The translations under genes were made by a program, and so were the position numbers. A stretch of 62,569 bases of DNA, the filler included, from Sphacelaria rigidula (taxonomy: Eukaryota): the NCBI GenBank assembly GCA_964200075.2. It is 11 parts of 11 records of this genome, joined end to end, with 100 filler letters (N's around TTAATTAATTAA, not from the genome) between each part and the next. Parts side by side here need not be neighbours in the genome. Positions count along the whole stretch, not along the records: positions 22,793 to 28,389 come from CAXNAA020025991.1; positions 28,490 to 34,086 come from CAXNAA020025992.1; positions 34,187 to 39,783 come from CAXNAA020025993.1; 8 more parts are not named here. One strand, written 5' to 3'. Shown here piece by piece: positions 24,151 through 34,666 of this stretch. Position 1 is the stretch's first letter, and each line of letters begins with the position of its first letter. The notes under the pieces are model-generated. The model saw only the letters and a program-made list of their open reading frames with translations, ran no database searches and was not told where the DNA came from.

Positions 24151-27100
24151 GGTCTCCGTCCCAAGCACCTCTGTCCACGGCGGCTGACCGCATCCGCCAA
24201 CGCTTCGGCAACAAACCAGGGGACGAACGGCTGGGTTCCCCACCCCCCTCAAAATGTCAAAATTTCGATCTTGGGGCCTACGTGTCCAGAATTTGTTTTT
24301 ACGCTGCCCTGTGGGGTGTCTGGGGATATTTTGTCGATTGACACGAGGGCAACGACTGCACGTTTTTGTTTTCGAACATTCTAGTCTGGCCGTCTGTCGG
24401 AGCGTGGAAGCGCGCTCCGCTCACGCCAGCGTTTGTTTGGAAGGGGATTTGCCGGTGCTCTTTTTTTTTTCCTTCGGAAGCACCATGAATTAAGACGATA
24501 TACCCCACAGAGCCCTTCCAGAAGAAGTCAACCCTACGTGCTGCCTTCACTGTCGTCAGCAAGGACCTGACTCTCCAACTTATCTTCACATGACTCTCAA
24601 ACCGTAGCCATGACAAAAACAACTGCGACCTGCATTTCAAGTGGCGGCGCCAGGACGGACTCCGCTCCGACTCCGTCATAAAAGCCGCAGAAATATAAAC
24701 CAAATGCCTAACCCACGCTTCAAACACGGATGACCAATTCGCTGAGCATAGGTAGGAACGCACACCGTATTCAGCCTGGCGCCATTCTGAGCTTATGTAC
24801 ATCATCCGCGACACCCCTCGGCGCCCATCCCTGCGGTAACCTGACGGACAAGGCGCGACCGACGGCAAGCACGGGGCAATGCAGTCGGACGATGGAACGA
24901 GTGTCGTCTCGTGTTGAAATCATGTATCACGGGTGTTACGCAAGAGGATGGTACTGACATGGCCAGTGTCTACATGGCTGTAACAGCAAAATGACGCTGG
25001 AGCTCCCCTCCAACGAATCCTTCAAACGACGCAACTGATTGTATTTCCCTCCCCTCGGCGCGATCCGTTCTTCACTCGCATCGAGTGTGAAGTACGTGAG
25101 GTGTATTCTCCGTTGCGAAATGGCGCAAGTATTCTGTTCACAGAACCCCCCACCCCGCGACCACTTCGGATCCATCGTTGTAAGCACAAAAGCTATGGAT
25201 GGAGAAAAGCGTAACAGCGAAGTATTACGTATCACGAGGAAGGTGACACAGACGATGTCTGTACTTGGATCCGATAAGTTTGCGCGGCCTTCTTTGCTTT
25301 TCCGTGGCGCACCTGACGGTGCTCGTTGTGTAATCAACGAGAAAGGTATGGATGAATGTTTTTGCGGTCCTTCTTCGGCGGTTGACGCCCTAAAAGAGGC
25401 GAAATCTTACATGTCGGAATGAGATCCTCGCCTCGTGTTGGGGGTTTCACGACGGAGAAGCATCCTCCGGTGGCAGCAGTATTTTTCTTTTACGAAACCA
25501 GCTGTCTGGTCCACAGACGGTGAATACTACAAAAAAATGGCGATATTTTCTAGATTCGAATGTTCGTGATAGTACTTCGACAGAAATGTATGCTTGTGCA
25601 CCAAGAAAAAAAATGCCATCGCTGAACACCAAAACATCATGAAACCGCGTCAAGGAATAGAGCTTGGCAATCTAAGGCCGCTTCTTGTAGAGTGAAAAAT
25701 AGATCTGTCTGAGAACTGCCCTTTTTGAACCCTTCATCACGGATAACTGGCGGAATACGGGCCTTGGCGGATTTGGCCTCCTCGGAAACATTTGCTACAT
25801 GTTACACGAGGATTCCAGCGCACTTTTCCGATTGTTTCGACGCCCAGTTTTGCTTTTGACCGGATCCTGATTTTTTTCAGTCGCCGCGAAAATCGTCCAG
25901 TTGTCGGGGAAAATACGCCACCTTGCAGCCGAGGTGTTGACACTGCGGTATTTTCGGTTGATCGAGCCTGTTTCGATCGTATTTGTGAAGCAATGTATGA
26001 AGCATGCACGGATTTGTTGATTTGAATTTGTGCGTACTCATCGCACCACAGCCGAACAGCTGTGCTTCACGGTCAGTAACACCCTCCAGAGTCACGGGGT
26101 TTCTACTCGTATCGCCCCATTACACCATACAACACTAACCTTGAGTTTTCGTTACTTTGAGAGTAGAGCCTCGATATAGAGTGGGTTCGATCATTCGCTT
26201 CAACTTGACCAAATTCTCGTTGTGTGTGTGCTTACAGCAACACATCGATGTCGTACTCAAGGATATCAAGGGCTTCAGTCGTAAGAAACTGCAGGTGGCA
26301 TATTGGGCCCCATGGCGGGGCATTTCGGAACTGAGGCTGTTCATTCAGTAATTTACCGCACATCATTCTCAATCGTATCCTCCACTTCGATCTCACGCAA
26401 ACGCTGTTCAATTCGGGCAGTGCGTTTTGAGGACGATCTTTTCAATTATCAACATATACCGACGCCGGAACTCTACAGTTATATCGAAGAGCATCATGCT
26501 CTAAACCCCTCCAAAAACTCCAAACACTTCAGGCGCCCACTACTGCATAGTTGCCGACATATGACGTAAGACGCCATGATGTTGGAGGAAATACTGCGGC
26601 GACTCCGGTGTGCCCCCTTTTCGGCACAACATCGAATGCGGCGGGAAATCATGAAAGGTATCTCTTGTGCATGTCAAGAGGGGGGTGTCTCTCACCGGGG
26701 TGGCAGCGCCATCTACTTCTTCGGATGACCGCTGCCCTATTCGGCGAGGTTCCTCGCAGGGCGTGTTCATGTTGACAGACCTGGAGGTAAATCGTGAACG
26801 CCAGCGGGTGAGGACGGGCGCCACGAAGCTTCCAACAGTCAGGGCCGTCTACCGATGCGTTCACCACGGCAATGGCCAACACACAGGAGTGCCTTCTTCT
26901 GGAGCCCGGCCATATCGTACCCTACAGGACAGTAATGTAACGGAAAACAGTGTTTGTAGCTTTGTGACCCCGTGAGAGGGTGGCGTGCAGACACGACTCA
27001 GATAGTCGATCATTGGACACGGCTGGCTGCCGATCAAGATGAGGTAGAAATGTATAGAAAGCTTTGTTGATGAAGAGGCAAGGAAGGGGAGTGGGCCCAA

Positions 27101-28489
27101 TGGAGGCCAAGGTATCAAGATGCCACAAGCACTACTCACGTATGTCTAGTCGTTGACATCAAATAATAAAGTCATCCCGCGTAGGACACGGAACTCAAAC
27201 AGGTATGTCACGAGACTATTGTACCTTATCCTGACAAGGTGTATCTTACTGACCAACCCAGACCATCCTACGAACAAACAGTATACAGTGCAGCACAGGG
27301 TACAGGTGCACATGGTGATACCGAACAGCACGTGATAGTGGAAGGTACACGCCCCCCTACAGAACGGTGCAGCGAAGTAGAAAGCAGTCCGGTGCCTTCC
27401 AGAATAACAGAGGGCAGCTCCGTAGCGCACGCTTCGCGATCGTTTTCAGTACATCACACCGGAGTGGATTACAGTCGAGTACTACACACGACACTGTCGG
27501 GCAGCACTCCGCTGCGTGTTATCTGTGGTCCTCGCACACGACCCCGCACGTTATCGCAGAGCACCCTCATCAGTACAGGACAGCACTTCACGATACAGTC
27601 CAGTGCAGCACACGACGGAAGACCGCTCCGCAGCAAAGCGTGTTGTGTACTGTCTGTAGCCCAACACTGCCGGAACGTGCATTTCACTGTTCAGTACATT
27701 ACATGACGGTGGCAACATGACACTCGAGTACCGACACAACAGCACAGCCCAGCACGCAACAGTGACCTGTGCGTCGCCATCCCATAACATACCGTACTAG
27801 ACCGTGGACTAGGCGTGTAGTATTTTGCGGCACATTTACTGCATGCAATACTGTTGTAAGATCCCAGTACAGCACGCATGGTGACAGGGCTGTGTGGTGA
27901 ATCATGAACTTTTATACTGGATTTTAAATGGAATTTGCAACTCCCGCTGACCACCAGACGTGCTTGCAGTCAATCGCCTCTTGAGTGATGTCCCACACAT
28001 GAATCTGAAGAGTTTCTTTTGCAGATGGATTTTATGCATCATAGACTACCCCATGCACACCGTGCAGCCTCCCGAGTCCTAGCATGGCCGTCAGCACTCC
28101 GCGTACCATCACACGACCTTCCGAGAAGGAGGAACCGCCAACGCGGCAACGAATCATCTTCTCACCTGAAAACTGGCACCGACACTCCGCCATGAACAAA
28201 GCTTTCCACCGGTATCGCCTGTTGGACATGTGCTCCTTCGTGTAGGGCTTGCCACCCGTGCGACGTGCGACTACTTTGCACCTGGTGCTAGCTCATGTCG
28301 TGTACAATGATTCTTGTATGCGGGCCGCGCGGATCGCCGAAATACCCTGAAATTGGATTTTCCCGTAGGACCCCAACATTTCGGTTATTNNNNNNNNNNN
28401 NNNNNNNNNNNNNNNNNNNNNNNNNNNNNNNNNTTAATTAATTAANNNNNNNNNNNNNNNNNNNNNNNNNNNNNNNNNNNNNNNNNNNN

Positions 28490-29013
28490 CGCTCCCCGGG
28501 ATTGTGTCCATTTTTCGGATTTAGTTTCGCTCGGAAGCGCTTGCGTGGGGTTACTGTTCCCAGGTACTGTTGTTGCCATTGTCTGTAAACGCTAGGGCAT
28601 TTCGAGCCGAATATGCCAACAGCTGTATCTACACGACATTGTATCTCTTCGGCTGACAGCAACTTGGAAATCTCCTTTCTCACTAGTGCGGCCTCCCTTC
28701 CAAGGTCACCAGTTGAGGTTTCTCTGAATTTCTTATTGGCTGCATCTACATCGGCAAGCATTTGTTCATAAGCTCTACCTCCATCTATATAGGGTAACTC
28801 TGCTCGAAGTCGACTTATTGCGGGCTGAATCGTGAGACTTTTGGGAAAAGTCCCCGCGTGGTGAAGAGCCTGGAGCGACTTTTTCTGCTCCTCCAGCGAA
28901 TGGTTGAGCAGTAGCAGGCGTTCGAACGACTTGCAGATGCTTCTTTTCTCGGCCACGAAAAGGCTTGTGAACCTGTTGTACGCGAGACCCGGTCTTCGGT
29001 GAGTGGCATCCAT
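28490..29013 (-). CDS. Uncharacterised coding segment, 3'-truncated by the contig end, in frame with the Academ-like ORF
   Basis: About 174 open codons from ATG 29013 (MDATHRR...LNHSLEEQKKSLQALHHAGTFPKSLTIQP...), helical and charged composition. Confidence 0.5.
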
Positions 29014-29500
29014 TTTCTGCAGTCTGTACAACGTGCGGAAATTTGGCACAAGATGGTTCCGGGTCGAGAATGATGAGAAAAGTGTACAGGTGCGTAACCA
29101 GTGAAGGTTGACTTTTTCTGTACAGAATCGAGTTTGAGCGCAATGAAGTGCAAACTCTACCATTACACACGTTTTGGTGAGTAATGGTCTACCGAACACT
29201 TGAGGTTTCCGAGAGTGAACGGTAGTGCTTTTGCTTTTTGCCTCCGTGGCCGAGTCATCTGTCTCCGACCCGCTGCACTCCAAATCGGAATATGCAGTCC
29301 AGATGCCGGCTGCACTTCTTGACCCGACGCTGTTGTAGTCTTCATGTCCACCGTCGCGACAATAACAACTATTCGGGGATATTCCTAGACCCCATCCCTC
29401 TCCCACCACACTCCCGCCGCCAAACCGGCGCGGCTCATCGCTGTGCCTCACGCTGACTGCTGCCCTCGACGCATTGGTCGCTCTACTCGCCTTGGTCCTT

Positions 29501-29580
29501 CCACGGTACGCCGTGGATCCGCGCCTCCCACGGTTCGCTGTGGATCCGCGCCTCCCACGGTTCGCCGCGGATCCGCCCCT
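29501..29580 (-). repeat. Coding 27-bp tandem repeat x3 (S[AT]ANRGRRG)
   Basis: CCACGGTTCGCYGYGGATCCGCGCCTC repeated three times inside the ORF. Confidence 0.9.
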
Positions 29581-29639
29581 CGCAAAAATAGATAGTTCGC
29601 GTGCGCCGCCATTTCTACTGTCAGCATCACCACTGGAAG

Positions 29640-32090
29640 TCGCCTCGGTTGCCCCAGAGGACGGCGGGGGTAGCAAGCAGCGATCCTGGCAACCGCAGCT
29701 CAGCGTGCAGTTCCCCAGACACCTACATTTTTTGCAGCGGTGGTCTCTTTGTGGCGCCTTCGCCGGGTTACATGAGCACCTCAGGGTCCACACGTTCCCG
29801 GACCCATCAACATAAATGCGGCTTGATAAATACATAACGATGTTGTCCCGCGTGAGCGCCCCTGCCCTTCTGCTCTCCAGTTTTATGCCCCGCTTGTGAT
29901 GAGTCTGCTGGGGTTCAACAACCCAACCGCGGCCGTTGAAGTCCACCGTGGGCATCTTCTTCTGAAACCTCCCTCCCCAGTGTTCGAATACCGCGTCAGA
30001 CTTACTCACGTGCTTCCGACATGCGTCCAAGTCTGGGCAGCACCGGGAAGGCATATGCCCATGTACTGTGGTGATATTCAGGCGGATCTTGTTGACATAC
30101 GGTCCCAAGTCCCACCCCCCCGTGGCGAAGAGAAGCCCCGGATCCGTGGCGATTTGCGCAGAAGCGTTTTCGACCCTAGAAAAAAACATGGCGGCCGGCA
30201 GCTTCACGCTCTCATCGATGTCCACTCTCAGGATGCCGTCCTCTTCCGTGAAAATCGGTGCTGTGAACAGATTCGGCTTACGCAGGGCCTTCAGCACGAA
30301 ATCCCACAGCTTGAGGAAAGGAATCCTGGACACATATGGCAAGAGGTCGCATCCAGCCAAAAGGTAGGTCAACACAAATAATGCTACCTTCATAGATGGC
30401 GTCAATCACGTATACTGTCCGGCGGGCGCCCAAGCGCTCTCACTCCCATCCCTCAGATTCTCGGTAGAGCTGTACACCCTGTCCTCGAGGATGTACCAGG
30501 GGCCACCGCTCACAATCGTTCAACAGTGACATGCCCTGCGTCGGAGCCCTGCGGCGTGATATGCCCGGAGGACATTGCTAGCAACACAATAATCCACTGA
30601 TCAGTATCGATCGAAATCACCAGCCACTTCCTCTTGTGCTTCTTGAACAACCTCTCGGAGTGGATGATGCAGTGGACTGTCGACATCTCACCCTCACCTA
30701 TCCCGGGTCCAGCTGCGCTATGAATACTCTGATCAGGCCCACTGCCATTACGCCACCATAGCAAGGACTGGAAGGCTGGGGAAGCGCCGCACCACGCAGA
30801 CCCTGGTCTGCTGCCGCCGCTATTTCCCCGCTGCCTGTCAGTACCGCAATATACGATGGTGGAGTTTTCCGAACCGCTGCGCGGGTGCTAACACCCACCC
30901 TTCGCACCGTCGTTGGCACCGACGCAGCCCCGCTCCCCCGTCCGTCTGTCACCACCGCAAGATATGTCCGTTGTGTCGGTCCTGCGAAACCTTTGCCGTC
31001 GAAACCTCCGCGTTCCGCAGTTGCCGCCGTCCGCGGCGTCGCCGCTCCTCCCCCGCCCCATCTGGCTGGCTCACCCGGAGTCTGTCCGTCGAGATCCACT
31101 CCCAACAACGGATGCGATACGAGTTGGGCGGAATGGAGGCCCGAGTGATACAGTCGTTTCACCACCTGACTGGAGGACATGAGATAAATCGATGTATGAT
31201 GCAATATGTCAGCTGTCTCGTCGGTTTAGAATTGGGAGCGCCGGAGTCAAATACTCGTACCAAGCTCTGAAAAGCACAAATATAGGCGCCATTGATTCCG
31301 ATCGAAATCACAACAATTATCCCAAACATGAGCCAAGAAGTTAGATGCTGCTATATTAAGCAATTGCGCTTTGCAGAATCATGCAAGGTTGTGCCCTGTA
31401 GGGTGCGGGTATGTTCTGTAGGGTATAAGACTCCTTACAGAACTTGAAGAAATATAGGGTACCGGTACGAAAGTCTCACAGAAATTTAAAAACTGCCGGG
31501 TACCGGTTTGAAAATCTTACAGAAATTGCGGAACTTTTCGGGTACGGTACGGGAGACTTACAGAAAAACCGTGCCGACAATGGGGTTCGTCTTTAAGAGT
31601 ACACCCACGGTCCGGGTACGGGTAAACATTATGTCCAGAACTCACAGAACTGTCGGGTAAGGGTATGGGAGGCTTACAGAACTCACAGAAACTGTCGGGC
31701 AGGGTATGAAGGTTGCACAGAAAACCGTATCCGCAACCGGGTATCTCATCAAGAGCATACCGGCGCCCACCGATGACGGTACGGGAGGCTTACATAACTC
31801 ACAGAACTGTCGGGTAAGGGTTTGAAAGTCTTGGAAAGATTACACAACTGGCGGGTACCGGTATGAGCGCCTTACAGAAGTCACAGAACTGTCGGGTACC
31901 GGTATAAAAGTGTTACAGAAGTCACAGAACTGTAAGGTACGGTAAATACCCGGGAAAATACCCCAGTTAAATAGAAAAATCGTATCCTACAAAATACGAC
32001 CTTGGTATTCTCACCACCCCTGTGGTGGGACCTACCGTGGCGAACTACGGATGACCGTTAACAAAAACTCTGAACAACTTCACGGGGCTG
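29640..32090 (-). pseudogene. AcademX-like transposon protein, C-terminal half: XPG/FEN-like nuclease plus Cys-rich CXC domain
   Basis: Ordered motifs: VPPQGW.EY (about 32010-32035), CKAQLLN...FLAHVW (about 31320-31375), GIGEGE (about 30690-30705), VISIDTD (about 30600-30620), LLAGCDLLP (about 30337-30363), PDLDACRKHVSKSDAVFEHW, GRGW, and CSC-x11-CKKCRC-x3-CTLSCGCQDRC (about 29680-29780). Frameshifts near 30720 and 30515, a stop at 30406-30408, and a MITE inserted at 31384-32005. Confidence 0.75.
31384..32005. mobile_element. Complete minisatellite-bearing non-autonomous element with TIRs
   Basis: Left CAAGGTTGTGCCCTGTAGGGTGCG, right CGTATCCTACAAAATACGACCTTG, interior of ACAGAACTCACAGAACTGTCGGGTA repeats. 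No clean TSD. Confidence 0.75.
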
Positions 32091-32674
32091 ATAGAGAAAT
32101 ACTACACGAACACACGCAGTAGTACATATGCACGGCATCGTCAACATCTATCGGCTTCACGTACACCCCCACGGTGTACATGAAGGAGCATTCACGGCTG
32201 CCCGCTCTCTGGAAGCCCTTCGGCACGACGGAATCGTCGACGGCCTTGACGACTTCCAGTAGCAGCTAATATTGTGTGTTGTGCATGTCGATAACGGCCT
32301 GGGGTTCGATGACCACGACACAACCACCATCAACGTCGATGGCGTGCGTCTTGCTACCTGCTCCCCTGGTGGCGCAGGTGAGCCGCCCCACTCGAGTCTG
32401 GGGGTGATCCATTCAGACGGTCTGCAGTGCTGCTCATGTTTCGTGTTTCCACTCAGCAGTACCTCGTATCCCGTCAAATCATAAACGAAAAAACTTTCCA
32501 ACATTGATTTTTTGTTAGTGTGCAGTGTTGAATGAAGAAGTAGGGTGAATTGCTCGATGGGAGGTACATGTTCAGGTCATGAGGTTGTGTTTGGATTGAG
32601 CCCATGTTCATACCTCTCCAACATATATACCTGTGCTGTACCTGCAATCGGGTGTATCGACAACGTTATACCCT

Positions 32675-33178
32675 AACCCCGGGTAGGGGTATGGGAGGCT
32701 TGCAGAGCTCACAGAACTGTCGGGTACCTGTACTGGATAAAAGTCTCGCAGAAATTGAAGAACTTGTCGGGCATGGTACGGGAGACTTACAGAAAAACCG
32801 TGCCGACAATGGGGTTCGTCTTCAAGAGCATACCCGCGCTCCGGGTGCCGGTAAACATTATGTCCAGAACTCACAGAACTGTCGGGCAAGGGTATGGGAG
32901 GCTTACAGAACTCACAGAAACTGTCGGGCAGGGTATGAAGGTTGCACAGAAAACCGTACCCGCAACCGGGTATCTTATCAAAAGCGTACCCGTATCCCCC
33001 AGTGACGGTACGGGAGGCTTACAGAACTCACAGAACTATCGGGTAAGGGTATGAAAGTCTTGGAGAGATTACATAACTGTCGGGTACCGGTATGAACGCC
33101 TTACAGAAGTCACAGAACTGTCGGGGACGAAAATATCCCGGGTATACAGAGAACCGTATCCTACAGAACACAACCTTG
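32675..33178. mobile_element. Second copy of the minisatellite-bearing element, right TIR present
   Basis: 32770-33125 is near-identical to 31540-31895. Ends CCGTATCCTACAGAACACAACCTTG. Confidence 0.8.
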
Positions 33179-34516
33179 GAACCATGCAGCAACCTGGGAC
33201 TCGTGGAGCTGTTACCTCGGGATCGACATTGGCGTCGTATGCAACATTCGGACTGCCCCCGCCGACGTTCAAGCAGGCATCCAGACGTTGCACCCCGTGA
33301 GTGAGTCTTGGGGATCCTCCACATCTACCGTCAAAAGGGAGGGGATGGACCGGGGGGTGAATGGGTGGAGGGTTGAGAATCAGTGTGTTTGACACAGCGT
33401 GCCTTTCATCGTGTGTTTTGGTCGTCGAAACGAACAAAACAAGTGCGAGGTCGATTCTCGGCGCGATCACTTCTTCTTTCCCATAGTTGAACAAATATCA
33501 TTCCCATAGTTGTGGAGAGATATCAGAACGTCCACGCCCACCCTGGTCACTTCGGTAGCGTTGGCGAGAAGTAACCTGGAGGAGGCACCGAGAGTACGAA
33601 CTCAAGAACACTCGTGCAGTACCGGCCTACGCCAGCGGAGCTGTGGTTTTGATATATGATACTTGTATCTGATGCTGCAGCGTTCGATCGTGGTACTGTA
33701 GCACGGTTCAACTCGTCAAGTAGGTTTGTATGTCGGCGTCGACTCCGTAGGTGTTGCTCACCGTTTGCGGCCGTTCGAATCCTGACGGGGGTTCCGAACA
33801 TACGCTCCAGAAGCCAACAGGAGCACTATCAGCGATGTGCGTGATGGACGACGTAACCCTTATCTTTGGCGGACTGCACTATGCCCTCGGTGGCAGCGCA
33901 GTCCACAGCACCATATTCCACTGTGCTGTGCTGTGCTGCACTGGACTGGACTCTACTGCACTGTACCAGGTACAGTACTGTACTGTACTGAAGTTAGGTG
34001 TTGTGTTTTCACCCGGTGTAGCACATCGACTATCGATAATCGATATGATTTCGATAAATATCGGCGATATGCCATATCGGTATCGGNNNNNNNNNNNNNN
34101 NNNNNNNNNNNNNNNNNNNNNNNNNNNNNNTTAATTAATTAANNNNNNNNNNNNNNNNNNNNNNNNNNNNNNNNNNNNNNNNNNNNCCGAGGCCTACTGA
34201 TTATCTTGCATTTGGATGACAGCTTACAATGAGTTACTTTATTATCTGGTATCGCCACTTCCAGAGACAGCCACGTCTTATACACTGCCTCATGGGTGTC
34301 TCACCATGCCGGAGGAGGGGGTGGGGGGGGGGGGTATCTCCATCCCTGCGCAGCCTCGGGTAGAAACAACATACAGTGGACGCTGCTCATTGAGACAGAT
34401 TTCGACGGATGCTTGATGCTTGCGCATATTTTGTACCGCCACAACGACGTTTATTTTTATATAAGCGTGCTTTTGTGATCCCTTCCCCTCCTACCGCTCG
34501 TCTTTGGCCTATGCAG

Positions 34517-34666
34517 AAAGTAGATGATATTTTAAGGAAAGCGCTCGACAATGTGTACCAGGAGAACTCTCCCTCGGGGGTGAAGGATCAAGATGAGTCC
34601 GTGTTCGAACTTTGGATAGAACGCGAGTGGTGGATCACTCCTTGGATGAAGACCGCATACACATGA
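34517..34666 (+). CDS. Possible terminal exon of an unknown gene
   Basis: Pyrimidine-rich tract and TGCAG acceptor, then KVDDILRKALDNVYQEN...FELWIEREWWITPWMKTAYT*. No family recognised. Confidence 0.35.
   Translation, partial: KVDDILRKALDNVYQENSPSGVKDQDESVFELWIEREWWITPWMKTAYT

Noticed and set aside
31384..33178. CRISPR-like regularly recurring ACAGAACT repeats
   Set aside because: Repeats are degenerate, the intervening sequences are themselves repetitive, the array is bounded by TIRs and there are no cas genes; it is a transposon-borne minisatellite.
33190..33297. LGIDIG, resembling SF2 helicase motif V (would suggest AcademH)
   Set aside because: No motif VI (QxxGRxGR) or other helicase motifs, and it is on the opposite strand to the Academ gene.
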